Positions 25,001 through 36,853 of a stretch of 64,000 nucleotides of DNA are shown piece by piece. Positions within the stretch are counted from its first letter, which is position 1. Each line of letters starts with the position of its first letter. This DNA comes from Phoronis australis (Eukaryota > Animalia > Phoronida), in assembly GCA_002633005.1 (NCBI GenBank), contig NMRA01000634.1, positions 174,476-238,475 on the forward strand. The letters run 5' to 3'. A program made the position numbers and the translations under genes. The notes under the pieces were generated by a model. The model ran no database searches. It was not told the origin of the DNA and was given only the letters and a program-made list of their open reading frames with translations.

Positions 25001-27801
25001 AGAATGACTGGTTTTACTTTTCCTATTGCGGTTTTTTGAAAAAGGTTCGTTTAATGCAAACGGGTACTTGTGGAAATTGTTGTATCGGATCTTCGGGTAT
25101 GTCACGTTATCCACAGCAAATGGGTCGTTACTGACCGGTGCTAATGGCGATGATAGACTGAAGACTTTGAACTCTACCAAATCTACACAAGTTTGACGTA
25201 ATGTTTCACTCTTTGCTGCGAATCTTGTGGTGAAACGTTGAGTCATTTTTAACAATTTTCACACTCGTTGAGTGATCCAACAGTAAATGCAATCCGACTT
25301 GTTCTTTATTTAGCTGGCTCACACATTCATTCAGTATGTGCTAACAGTTTGACTCACTATACTTTTACAGAGTTCTGGAAGTTTTCACAGGCACATTCTC
25401 GAATTTTCTGGAAGCTACCCTGTCTTCTACAAATATATGCTAGGTTTTAGAATATTCTCGGACCACAGTTCCATATAAGTCAATAATATACTGGAACCTA
25501 CTAGAATGCTCTCAAATATTCTCCTGTAAAAAGATTACATAATAATTGGGCTAACTTAACTAGATTGCACCAGTCCATAGCTAATTGCTAGTAAACAAAC
25601 AGAACAAAATCAATACTCCCAACAGACAAGCAAAACTGTATAACATTCTACATATACAGGCCAGACAAGTTTGAATATTATTAAGTTGTTATGTCTCAAA
25701 TTTTAAATTTTAGGCATACATAAACCTTTTTACGTGTTTCATAATTATTTAAGTTCAGCCGTGATGTAGTTGCACTTATAACAATCCATCTTTTATTGTT
25801 TTTTATTAAAGTTGCGTTGCCATGGAATTGTGGGTGGGTTATTTCTTCTTACGTGGCTGAACCGAACCTCACCTACGCGGTTGGACCGCTTTCGCTCGCT
25901 AATTGTAGTCAGCACTGTGTCGACATCACTTGCGCTGGATTCTTTATATCCCCTGATGGTTACTGTGTGTTCATGTCCTCTTCACCATCTGACCTCGGAA
26001 ACTTCGATTACTATGCCTCAGTTCATGGATCCACGTTAGGCTGGGACTACTTTTCTCGGATGTGTAGTTTGCGAAAACGTAAGTGACTGAATATCTGCAT
26101 GTTCTGGGGCAAGTTCTGTAGACCACGAGATATTAATTAGCATGCAACTTCGGCGCAAAATCTTCGCTTATGGTACGGAAACAGTGAATTTTGGCCCATG
26201 ATCCATGGATTCCACTCCATAATTCATTATCCAAACCTCATCCACCAATCACTCCAGTGACTGGCATTTGACGAGATAGGCTAGTAAACTCTCAAGTACA
26301 CTGTCGAAACATTCGTCTTTCACTTGCGTAATTTTGTGAGGTCGTGCTTTTCTCGCAAGAAACTTGGTCTACGGAACATTTTCCACGTCGATCACGATTC
26401 GTTGAGCTATAGCCACGGTGATGACAATGGAGCTGCGTTTTTCTGGCTCACGAGACACTCGTGAAAACTTGCTGCGTAAAATTATGTTGCGTAATCTTGC
26501 CTGTTTTGCACTTGGTGGCCCCAACATTAAAGCAATAATATCGAGTTAATGCTCGAGTGTTTAGCACGAATCTAGGGGTCACAAAGTGGGAACTTGCAAT
26601 ACACTCATCTATGTACATTGTAATATACTCTCGCACAGAATAATAGAAACTTGTCTTGAGTTTGTGTTCAAGAAGAACAGAAATTTTCAAACACAATTCT
26701 GAATGTAAATATTAAACCCTGGACCCCTGTACGTCAGTAAACTCGTTTCAAATCTCTTCATGACGTGAAAGAAAATAAAATACGTTCATGAACAAATTTG
26801 GTGACATTTGCATGTAAACTTTAAACTTGGCGCTGAAAAAGCCAAGATTAGTTTACAGTCTTAGCTAAGTCTGTTATGTCAGTCGCATGTGACTTGTCAA
26901 TTTCATTTGGAACCAACTGACTGCTGTTTATCTGAATGAGGAAACCTTTGTACGGTTGCATGAAACAGTTCCAAATAGGGAGTCAACTAAGTTCCCTAAA
27001 TCTACTGCGTATTTTTGGACTTGTGAAAACAGCGATTACTCATTCTTGTATTGTTTTAGTTTCATTGCTAAGTCAACTTTTGACTTAGATATAAATCGAG
27101 AGTGAAATCTACGTTGTATTGTCAGTATTATCGAAAATAAATAGGGATCTTTTCATGCAACACCCCCAATTTAAGGACTGAGTCCTTATTTATTTTCAAT
27201 GAACTCTGGGTTCAGTTTTTATTTATATAATTAAAATTGTCATCAATCAAAGAGGAGCTCGTAATAAAGATGAAATGATAGAAAATGTTGCACCTGTGAG
27301 TCCATCAAGACACAAATACCCAAAAAGACTTAGGGACCTTAGTTGAGTCCATAACTGTGACTGTTTCATGCAACCGACCATTTGAGCCCAATTTGTTAGA
27401 GTTAGTCAAGCAGAATTAACTTGTTTGTGGTTTCCATGTTTTAGTCGCAAGTGCGAAGGAAATTCCCTTTACCTAGAAAATGACAAAAGTCTTAATATTA
27501 CGGGTAACACAATTTTAAACTCGCATTTATGTACCTCATTCCAACTGTTTCCGTTTCAGAGAGAACAATGAACGTGTCTATACTAACTGGTAAAACCGTC
27601 ACCGGACACAGCATATCCAGTTTCACAGTGTTACGAGCTCTAGACTGTATTGCAAAATGTATGGAAGATACGGTGTGTAAGTCAGTAAGTTTCACAAAGG
27701 GAATGACACCCGACTGCATCTTGAACGACGTCTCTGCTCACACATTAAAGTCTGTGCTGCAGGAGGAAGCCGGAGCAATTGTCTACAGCGTGGTTCCTTA
27801 A
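12851..27801 (+). CDS. Multi-exon mosaic protein gene (5' incomplete): PAN - resistin-like - GCC/ephrin-receptor-like Cys repeats - PAN - PAN - PAN
   Basis: Seven exons: 12851-13099, 18305-18439, 20763-20882, 21132-21257, 23925-24155, 25812-26078, 27560-27801. All have AG acceptors and the six internal ones have GT donors. All introns are phase 1 and internal exon lengths are multiples of 3 (249, 135, 120, 126, 231, 267). Spliced, they give an open frame of about 456 codons ending at TAA 27799-27801. Confidence 0.8.
13469..16290. other. Tandem near-identical 1.4-kb copies joined at N14874 (probable uncollapsed haplotypes)
   Basis: 13469-14873 versus 14875-16290, differing by scattered SNPs and small indels. 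Confidence 0.8.
13983..14873. mobile_element. Kolobok-like element, partial copy cut at N14874 (probable allele of the 15399 copy)
   Basis: Has the same left flank and TTAA junction as the 15399 copy. Confidence 0.75.
15399..17004. mobile_element. Non-autonomous Kolobok-like DNA transposon, full-length copy (~1.6 kb)
   Basis: TTAA|AGGAGAATGCCACCC ... GGGTGGCATGCTCCT|TTAA: 15-bp TIR with 1 mismatch, AG..CT termini and TTAA TSD, matching the Kolobok signature. Confidence 0.8.
18305..18439 (+). CDS. Exon encoding a resistin/RELM-like cysteine-rich module (C-terminal part)
   Basis: ttacag|CG...CCT C|gtaagt. Translation YPTDCSCSGCASYDYLNHVTGCRCHESNNWGMALCCHAK resembles the resistin head pattern T-x-C-x-C..C-x-S-W-D...C-x-C...W-x-x-A-x-C-C. 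Confidence 0.7.
18982..19801. mobile_element. Possible old hAT-like non-autonomous element
   Basis: Imperfect TIR CAGTGCTCTAGTG ... CACTACAACACTG. The 8-bp flanks GAGTATTC/AAGCATTT differ only by transitions. Subterminal TAGGCGC repeats. Confidence 0.4.
20763..20882 (+). CDS. Exon encoding GCC2/GCC3 (ephrin-receptor-like) Cys-rich repeat
   Basis: cttgcag|CA...GCA G|gtaagt. Translation CKPGTYSPTGYHGIIRCLPCPAGTFSSNTGSMECQKCPA has typical CPAGT[FY]S repeats. Confidence 0.88.
21132..21257 (+). CDS. Exon encoding a further GCC/ephrin-receptor-like Cys-rich repeat (too short for the ORF track)
   Basis: tttcttgttag|GT...TTG G|gtaatt. Translation GYYSGQGQTQCTPCDYGSISNISRTACEPCPSGYKSLLGECL continues the previous exon (CPA|GYYS). 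Confidence 0.85.
21705..23228 (-). mobile_element. Penelope-like retroelement (Neptune type), 5'-truncated and frameshifted: RT + GIY-YIG endonuclease
   Basis: ORF 21864-22982 has YLQILGTAMGTRVAPTFANLFMG, WLRYIDDIF, a Cys linker CNKTRCKMC and NIIYLITCKKCSIQYVGQT...RFRNHR. An upstream frame has PSYVKDTNHFL...LVTLDVKSLYTNIP. A downstream frame ends WIDKLNTIEPHGLN. Confidence 0.92.
23925..24155 (+). CDS. Exon encoding PAN/apple domain 2
   Basis: ttttatag|AA...GCA G|gtaaaa. Translation ...VSSAEACRQYCEHSVTCVGFTYNAATGACSPKK... Confidence 0.87.
25812..26078 (+). CDS. Exon encoding PAN/apple domain 3
   Basis: attaaag|TT...AAA C|gtaagt. Translation ...LSLANCSQHCVDITCAGFFISPDGYCVF...WDYFSRMC. Confidence 0.8.
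26480..26695 (+). repeat. Fragment related to the interior of the 58501-58906 MITE
   Basis: Shares AGAATAATAGAxACTTxTCTTGAGTT and neighbouring sequence with about 58700-58860. Confidence 0.5.
26953..27376. mobile_element. MITE with 16-bp perfect inverted ends in the last intron of the PAN gene
   Basis: CGGTTGCATGAAACAG ... CTGTTTCATGCAACCG. Confidence 0.65.
27560..27801 (+). CDS. Terminal exon encoding PAN/apple domain 4 and stop codon
   Basis: ccgtttcag|AG. Translation ...TVLRALDCIAKCMEDTVCKSVSFTKGMTPDCILND...VYSVVP*. Confidence 0.85.
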
Positions 27802-27921
27802 AGGGATATTGCCGGACTTGTACATGTACAATCATGCATTCACTGGCTCTAGGTCATTTAATGTAACAATGAACCGGTGTTCCGTCAATGTTACTTACCT
27901 TTGATTTAGACCCCTTACCGC

Positions 27922-27927
27922 AATAAA
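27922..27927 (+). promoter_or_regulatory. Candidate polyadenylation signal of the PAN mosaic gene
   Basis: First AATAAA after the stop codon, about 120 nt downstream. Confidence 0.5.
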
Positions 27928-29259
27928 ATTGGTCTAAACTTGTTCTTCTGGTGAGACGTGGATTCTGGGTTTGACAGTTCTAAATAGCTTAAACCCATCG
28001 GCGCTTCAAGTGACTGCCAGTCATTGTATGAAATCATATCTAAATGCCCAAAGGACAAGTTTGAGACACATTTTTAATCAATTAAAAGTTGATTTGTTGT
28101 GATGGAAGGTGCGTTTATAGCCTCTCTATGTCCTTAAAACAGAATAATATCTGTTTCCGCGGTCAGTCTTCAAAAGTTTAAAACAAATTTGAAAATTCGT
28201 TTGACAAATCACAAGTTTGGCTAAAGCTTGATTGGACCAAAACGACGTCTACCGGGAAAGACCACCAATGTTGTGTAACACGGTTCATTTTGTGAAACAT
28301 TGAGAAAATGCACTTAGCTAAATGACTATATTTAAATAAAGTAAACACGGAAAATTGCGTGTAATATTGGTATATTACAAATATACATTTCTTTTGGAGA
28401 CTAGTTTCTGTAGTTGCTCACTACAGAAACCATATTTCCATGAACAGGAAATTCTACTGTAGCACCACAAGCTAGCTGTTACTTGCTAAAATTGCCCTCT
28501 GCACTAAGAGTCTGATGACAATTCTGATACAATCAGCCAGTCTGAGAGCAAAAAAACAGGGCAATTCAGCAGGCTAAGTAATGTTTCTACTGTAAGTTAA
28601 ATTTTCTCAGTCACAGTTTGTATTTTATATTACTAATTAATTACAACTACTTGACACCTGAAAAATGCATTTTCAGTTGAATTTCTATGAATGAAATAAA
28701 AAAGACCAAACTTTTGACCTTTTTGTGGTAAATTTATTCATCGTTTACAAATTTCAAGAGTAATTTTGTTACATCATATTATATCCCTACCAACAACTTA
28801 GTTTAATTTTGGTTACTCAAATTATGTGGTACGACAAAACGAAGTCCCCCACTAAGTGGGTAGTTTAATTTCTTTGAAAACTATATTTTTGGACTGGGGT
28901 ATCATTTTTATGCATGCCTACACAATATGGCATATCAGTCCCTAATCTACATGGATCTGTCCTGTTACCAAACTGGTCATTTTTAAGCTGAAATTTTTGC
29001 ATGTTTCAAGCAAAAATATCAGGGAAAATAAAAATAGACCAAGAAGTCAATGAGTGTATTATGGAAGGTGGTGCCGTTTGAGGTAGATATGAATCCACTG
29101 GTAAAATTTCAGCCAATTCTGTGACGTGTCATGTAGATTTTTTTTTATTTGTAGATTTTTTATTTGTAAATTTTTTATTTCATAAGTACTATCAGAAATT
29201 GCAACTTCAGGTCTAATTTTTCGAAGATTTTGAAATGGATGTAACCATTCTATACTTTG

Positions 29260-29700
29260 CAGGCAGAACATGTAAGCAAGCTTTCTACGTTTATTTTGAC
29301 CCTAGGCGCATTTTAGTACAGAAGCTTAAAGCAATGATCACTGATGAATCGTGTTTTACTAGCTCGGCAGTTATTGGAGAATTTGGTAGATTCCCATTGT
29401 TTACAAAATTATGTATCCTGTATATAATATTTGTTCAAAATACTGGGGATCCTTAGTAATCGTGGGAGGCAGCGTACGATATGCTTTTTCAGTCAGACCT
29501 GATAGGATGATTTTCTTATAACTTGGCAAATTTTGAGTATGGTTTTTCAGACGTATGGATTAATCAGGGAGCCCTGTGTGTCCTGAGTGTGGTACTGACG
29601 TAGAATCTCCTAAACACCTGGTAGAGTCTTGCTCAGCTTTTTATACGCTAAGGAGCAACCTACTGGATGGCACTTTTACATGCCTACAACATATAGTGCA
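29260..29700 (+). mobile_element. Decayed LINE 3' fragment
   Basis: SAVIGEFGRFPL motif, followed by a Zn-knuckle-like CVCPECGTDVESPKHLVESC..F..LR. Confidence 0.5.
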
Positions 29701-32084
29701 TGGCAACAAATGGAAACGTCTGTCCGTTTTCCTAAAGGAGACTGACTGACTTAAAAACTTTCTTCACGAGGAGCCATAAGTGGGCTCTCGTGCTTTTGCT
29801 CAGGTGTTTTGTGCAATGTGCCCAACCATGATACCTGCGCACGTCTGATGCACCGCAAATGACATCAGACCTCCTGCACTTTTTTTTAATCAGGGTGTGG
29901 CGAAAAGTTTTTCCCTCGTGCAATTTGTAATGCTGATATTAAATGTAACGCAAAACGCCTTACTATGTGAGTTTAGAACAATGCATTGTCTAGAGAATTA
30001 GTTAGAAATAATTGGTATAACACGCGTTTTTATCCAGTCTCCGACTCGATTGCTAAGCTCAAACGTTATTAGCGGAAATAGGTCGCCACACGAGTATTCC
30101 CTTGGAAATTAGGTTTTGTAAGTGATTCGGGAGTGGAGGACGTTGCATTAGTTTGCTGTGTGTACCAACACCTTCGAGTTCAGATATTTTTTTATACTGC
30201 CCACAAGATCTAAACTTGAATCTCTCACGAAAATTGATACCTCGCTTCGAGAATTCGTCCACCCTCCTCTCAAGTGTCACAGTTAACTATCCAGCGTGAA
30301 GCGCAACTGACAAAACGTTGGGCCTATGGCCATATGTATATACATCACTGCGACATTTGGCGCGCAGTCATCACGAAATGCGAATATTCTTGAATTTCCC
30401 GTTATTTGAACCATAATTCCTTACATAAATAAGCCTATATTGCGCGTACATTCATGTAATATTTTGCAATATTTTGCAATATTTTTCAATCAGATAAGCA
30501 AAATTATCTGGATGCACATGTTCAGTTACAAATAGTGTCCAGTAATTGTTGGAATATTCAAATGACAACACGCACTAACTAACTGAGCAGCAAAGTGCAG
30601 AAGGAGGCAGGGGGTAACGGCCCAGGCATCCAAATCGGGGGAAGGCTGATTCAGTATAGTTAAATTAAATGATTTTTTTATTTCATGTTTCGCCTTTTTA
30701 CTTTTCATAGTACTAGAGTCTATGCATTTGAGTAGGGAGCTAGAGGGGCAACCACTAAAACTTGCCCCAGGCCTCACCAAACCTCTGCACGCTACTGCAG
30801 TTGAGATAACCCGAGAAACGTTGAAGCAGTAGTTGTGTAGACCGTGCCGCAGTTTTAACAAGGTGAGCTTCTACTTGATAAAAATTCAAAATGGCTCCGT
30901 TTTCGTGACTTCGCAGTATTGACGACGTTCAATTATGAGGGACTGAGTGGCAGACGAAACAGTTATAGGGCCAATGAACGTGCGTCTTCTATCAAAAACA
31001 ACTTTTGACTTAGGCACCTACTGCTATGAAATGTTGCGCATCTAATGCTTTACTCAATGACAGTTTTCTCCGTGGATGGGCGGGTGAGGTCGTCACTCAC
31101 CTGTGCTAATAGTTTTTGGTACGATGATAGACTGAAACTGAGCTGAGTTAATCATTTTATTGATCTGGACAGAACGTACACAAGTCTACTGAAACAAACG
31201 TCCGACGTAATGCCTGTTCTAATACTCCAGCCAGTACTGCAAGTCACCTCTAGCACCTAGGCTGTTACATTCGTTGACTGATTTATCAACTTGCTAGCTG
31301 GTTGACGACTCAGCAACTGATGACTCTGTAACTTCTGATTGTTTAACTGCCTACTGCTGCTCACACAATCGTGCTTGAGAATTTATAGTATCTTATGATG
31401 TTCTTAGAACACTTCACCAGTTCAAACACATTGTAGAACTTTCAGTCATCTATGTAATTTACGTGATACGCCGTTCAAATGGGTGTCTTCTTGACGACCA
31501 CAGACTTTACTAAAAGTTGCCTTTTTTGATGAAATTACCTACTACAAGTTTCACTTTTTGATCTGAAAGTCTACAAAAGGGTTCATTTTTGCAAGAGAAT
31601 CAAGGGTTTTATATTTTATTGGGTTTTTTATATAAGGCCATGTAGTTACATTTATTGTTACGTTTTGAAGTTACGTCTCACACGCTCACTTTTTGGAGGT
31701 AGAAGGAGGCGTACTCTGTATGCTTCCAAGATACTATTAACATCGAACGTTGTGGCTTTAAGGCTTTAGTAAACAATGTCGATCACGACCAATACATCGT
31801 CGTTCTGCTTGGGTAAAGTTTTACAGCAAGTAAGCGATCATGAGGTCGAACTAGTGATTCATGCGTCGCACACGCTTATCTCCGCGGAAAAGAACTATTC
31901 CTAAATTGAAAAGGATGATTTGTCAGTTGTGTGGACCGTTGGGAAATTATTACCAATAGGAACATCGAAACCGAGATCGGCGACTAAAGAAAAGTCGCTT
32001 AAGACTTTATTGGGGTCGGCCAATACTAAAGTGAATTCGAAAATGGCGCCTGTGACTTAACTTGGCTACACAATAGGAACCTGT

Positions 32085-32094
32085 ATTATTTATT

Positions 32095-32127
<33 letters not shown>
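32085..32127. repeat. (TTA/TCA)n microsatellite near the LINE 3' end
   Basis: TATTATTATCATTATCATTATCATTATTATTATTAT. Confidence 0.7.
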
Positions 32128-32602
32128 TAAACTTCTTTAAAAGATTAAGAGACCACTTCAGTGAATACACTGATTTTCAAGTAGGCCCAGTCGGAAGTAA
32201 TTACATGAAGTAAAATACAGACAGCTATGTACAATTAGATTGAAAAGATAATAAATAAAATCAATTAGCGTAAATTAGTTAATATGTACAACTTGATGAA
32301 TAAATAAAATAAAATAGAGTAAAGTAGTGATGAGCTGAGGTCTACAGTAACGAACCACGCACAAAGTCCCAGTAATTCTGTTTGAAGACGTGGACATTGG
32401 GCGCGTTCGCGACGGCAATTCTCCCGTCCGTTGCAAGCGACAGCACCTGTGTAGGCAAAAGTTCTTTTGCCACAGTTGTTTTTAGGTTTAATTGGTACCA
32501 GGCAGCCAGAAACACTCGCTCTAGTATTATAATTGTGAAAATCCCTTGAATTTAGTGGTAACGTGATTAGGTGTGAGGCTATGAATGGCTTTGTACACCA
32601 TA

Positions 32603-33756
32603 CAGCCGATTTCATAAAGGTGGTTTAACAAAATCAGGTTTAAGACTTGAACTTGGTCTTCCTAAACCTGGTCTAATTTTAGACCTAAGTTGCATTTCAC
32701 CAACGTGTTTAAGAGTCTGAAAGCCTGGTTTTGTTAGACCAGGGAGCCGGTTTAGTAAAACCAGGTTTAAAGTATCTAAGCCAACCTGCTGTGTCGATCT
32801 GGATTAACCCAACACAAAAGCTATTGAAGTGCTTCAGTTCAATGAAACCTAGATCACGTGGGTATACAATGGCACACACTAGTAGATTGAGTGCAGACAT
32901 TTGCAGAAAAGGTCTAAAAGCTCTCATGTGGAAAAATGTAATCATCTGTGCCCAACACACGTACACACATTAAAGTACATGCTCACGATTAGCCGCAACG
33001 TGATAAATGTCCAAATTTATTTTTGTGTTATTTTAGTGTTTATTTTTCGTGGCCAAAGGGGGTCAAGACCCCTTCCCGGCAACATTAAATCGGACACCAA
33101 TGGAGGTGGAACTCAGAAGAATCAGGAGATGCTGTCCTCAGTCAAACCCGTAGCGCTTACGACGACGACGCTCTGCTCGACCAGTCGTATTCTGAGGAAT
33201 CCGCAGAACACCATCCAGCACGTACTGGTCTACACATAAGCGGATCCAAGGGGTTCGGACCCCTTTTCCCTTGATTTTAGTGATATCAAATCTATAATTT
33301 TCCGATTGTTGACCTGGTCCTCCCTTTAAAAAGTCCTTGACCGACCCCCCCCCCCTTAAAAATCGCGGATCCACTCCTCCTACGTTTGATCTTGCGTCGT
33401 CGTAAAACTGAATATTGAAAATAGTTCATTTTCGCTCTAAAACTGCGTCGTAATTGCACGCCGCGGCATCATTCAGGTACACCTATATCATGCAAGTCCG
33501 TCATATTCAACAGTTAAACCTTGGTTTGACCAATTCTTAAGTTAAACCTGGTTTAAGATCTTAATACAGGTCTAAAGAATATAGACCTAGTTGGTGAAAT
33601 GAATTATACTGACTTAGACCATATCTAAACTGGAGTTAAACCAGGTTTTACTATACCACTGGTCTAACAATTAATGAAATGCAGATTATCTTTAAACCTG
33701 GTCTAAGTCCAGTTTAAACCAGGTTTAACTTTAAACCACCTTTATGAAATCGGCTG
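32603..33756. mobile_element. Non-autonomous TIR DNA transposon nested in the LINE, 4-bp TSD (CATA)
   Basis: Perfect 26-bp TIR CAGCCGATTTCATAAAGGTGGTTTAA with CATA on both sides. Many internal AAACCTGGT/ACCAGGTTT subterminal repeats. Confidence 0.85.
33235..33378. mobile_element. Small GC-rich MITE-like element nested in the TIR element
   Basis: CATAAGCGGATCC...GGATCCACTCC ends with G and C tracts, the same style as 47951-48101. Confidence 0.45.
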
Positions 33757-36700
33757 CATAGAGTTTACATGAAAGGCACCACTGCTAACCAGGCTGCACC
33801 AACTAAGTTGCTCGAGAAGGTCAGAAATAGGAAAGTCATTATAAAGGCACTATAGTTGAGTAGCAGCCTCCCAGCCTTGTTTTGAATTTTTTAAAGTCTA
33901 TCCTGAAGATATGATGCACAATTACCCCCACACAACATCACAGTAATCAAAGTGTGGTACAATTAGACTCCTGTAAAGTAGCATGATCAACGTAGCTCTG
34001 TACTCTGTACAAAAACCCAATTCGCTGAGAAACTTTTTTGCACACATACTCTACATGTTCGTCCCATGATAAATCATTGTCAATCATAACACCCAGATAT
34101 TTATATTTCTCAGTTCTTGCCAGCTGGTTGTAATGGCAATGTTGCTACCAATAGCCATAACCTTGGTTTTATCAACTTTCAGTGTCAGTTTGTTCTCCAC
34201 AAGCCAAGCATAAACACGATTCATTTATTTTGCTAAGGTGGCACTGACTTCATCTATTGATTTGGCAGCAAAGCAGAGGGTTGTGTCATTTGCATACAAA
34301 CTAGTTGTTCATTGTTTCACTGACGTGGGTAAATCATTTACATAGACACAAAATAACAATGGGCCCAGTATCGACCCCTGGGGGACACCACAGGTCACGT
34401 CAAGTGGTGTTGATGACCACTCGTTCACAATAGTGACTTGATTCCGATTACTTAAATAATTACTTAACCAGTCGAGTTCGGCGGCGCGTACACCACAGCT
34501 AGAAAGTTTTAACAGTAATCTATTGTGGTTAACAGTATCGGAAGCTTTCTTCAGGTCCAGAAAGATAGCACCAGTAACTTTACCATTGTCCATATTGCCA
34601 AGTAAGTAGTCAGTTGTCAAGAAGAGAAGTGGCTGTTGAGTGTGCGGGCCGAAAACCTGATTGCTCATCACATAAAATATTGTTTGACTTTAAATAAGAG
34701 TTCAATTGTGACTGTACACCTCTTTCAAAATTTTTTCATAACAACAGGGACCACTGAGATTGGACCATAATTGTTTACAATATTTTTATCGCCTTCCTTA
34801 AAACTAGATGTCACTTTGGCCTTTCTCCATGCGGCCGGTATGAACTGCGTTTCTAACGATTTGTTGTTTAGTAAGTGATTTACAGATCAACGCGAGTTTC
34901 AGTAATCTAGATGGAATCTCGTCCTTGCCAGTCGACTTGTTTGCGTTAATTTTAGAAAGCTATGTTAAGGTGAAATCCTCAGTGATTTCACAAAACGTAA
35001 ACGCTTTGAAGTGTAATAGGCTGGACTCATTTGGCTGATGCACATCAGGAAATACTTGGGCCAATTTCCTACCAATTGAAGTAAAAAAATGTATTAAACT
35101 CTTCCGCTAATTAAAACAGATTGGATTCGATCATTTTCCTTTTTGGGTAGGCAAAGTTTTCCATAGTTGTTTACTATCATTTGCATTTCCAATTTCTCTT
35201 TGGTAGTGTTGCTTCTTTGATTCTTTGATTAGATTACTGCAACAATTTCTGAGTTCTTTAGCCTTGGACCAATCATCAGCAAGTCTCGCGATTTCCATGC
35301 CTTTGGTATGCCAATAATCACGGTCCAATAAGAGGGCAATATAGTCGTCCGTTAATCATTCAGGTCGGTCAGCTCTGATTTTGACTGACTGATTGATTAA
35401 AAATATGAGTGCCAAATTTTCCATCATTCATTAACATCTATGCCCAGAATGACAACGTCCTAGGGACACGCAGCAATATCTTCCAGAAAGTCCTGAGCAA
35501 TAGTTTTTACAAGAGCGGTCTTTTACATAGATAGGTCGACCCCTGGTCCGTTTCCCCTCACGAACCATGTAAACAAGAGAGTGGCCACTTATTCCTAAGG
35601 CAATAACACCAGAGGCATTCATTTTGTCGTTAGTCGCGTGAGTTATGATGTGGTCTATACAGGTGCTCGAAGTTTCAGTAATACGGGTCGGCTCGACGAT
35701 AACATGACGTAATTGCTGTGTATTGAACAGCTGGATGTAGGCTTTGTTCATGGCGGTGTTCTGACTGAGTAGGTCAATGTTGACATCACCAAGCACATAT
35801 ATTTCCCTTGAGGTGGCGGCCACCTTCTCAGTTCGTTTATTTATATTTTCCAAGAATGGTTTATATTCGGCATTTGGTGGTCGGTACACAGAACATATAA
35901 AAATCGGCTTTGTATTTGGCAGTCTGAGTTCAATCCACACAGATTCCACATCAGAGCCAGTGAATGTCGGGTCTTTCACTGAAATTGTAGCTGTCTCTGA
36001 TAAAAAGAGCTACACCCCCATATCTTTCACTCCGATCTTTTCTGCACAGGTTATAGCCGTCAATTGATATTTCACCGACGGAGATCGAACAATTTAGCCA
36101 TGTTTCGGACATCCATAGACTTGTCGTGGAGTAGTAAACGAATGTCTTCGATTTTTGGTAAAAGACTGCATACATTGAGGTGGGCTAAAATTATACCCTT
36201 GGCAAACCTCAGTTCATGCATTGGACTGAAGTCCATCGGTGTATCACTCGATCACAGGTGCCGTCTCATTCGGTATACAAGCCATTGAGTTTATCAGTTG
36301 TAGTATACGAAATAAAATCATTTCTCACCCAGTGACACAGGCCAGTTCAATGATATTCTGGTATCCATAAACTTCAGGAGCGGTTTGAAAATTGTGAAAA
36401 AAACTTTAAAAATTGTAAAGTTCTAGCAATACTCAACAACTCATTACACCTCTGACACCTGTCTATATAAGAAATATTATGAGACCGATTTTATGAGAGT
36501 AAAAAGCTAAATTCCATTTTTAGGCAACTAAACAAGGCTAATTCAGAATTCATTCTTGTGTATTCAGTCTTAGTCTGCATTTCTCTCCGAGTCGGTAGAC
36601 AAAACCCCCCGATCTGTGTCCTTTGTACGTACTGTCGTAGGGAAACAAGAATATTGACCAACACAAACTTGTCAAATATTTTATACAACGTTGTCTTTCA

Positions 36701-36853
36701 ATACAGGACTATGTCAGACTAAGTGTCTTTAATATAACAGAAATTAGTCATAGAAGCATCTATTCCTTAGATAAATATTTCTACTCGAAAGATAATCAGT
36801 TTGTTCAGTCTCATTTCCGCAATCTTCCTTTTACGTGACATCTCTTAATCGAC

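Larger units (their letters stand above)
32230..36225 (-). mobile_element. Decayed CR1/L2-group LINE ORF2 (APE endonuclease + RT), interrupted by a TIR element
   Basis: Fragments in order: AHLNVCSLLPK, SETWL, CSVYRPP, LGDVNID, PTRITETSSTCIDHI, IFLDLKKA.DTVNH, GVPQGSILGPLLF..YVNDLP, YANDT, KYLG, and C-terminal RTFAYTGA. Many frameshifts and stops. The 3' boundary is approximate. Confidence 0.88.

Noticed and set aside
27445-27503. Possible 59-nt exon (RKCEGNSLYLENDKSLNIT) before the last PAN exon
   Set aside because: It needs a phase-2 incoming intron while the upstream exon ends in phase 1 (that frame has a TAG), and it would leave a 56-nt intron. Only viable if another small exon was missed.
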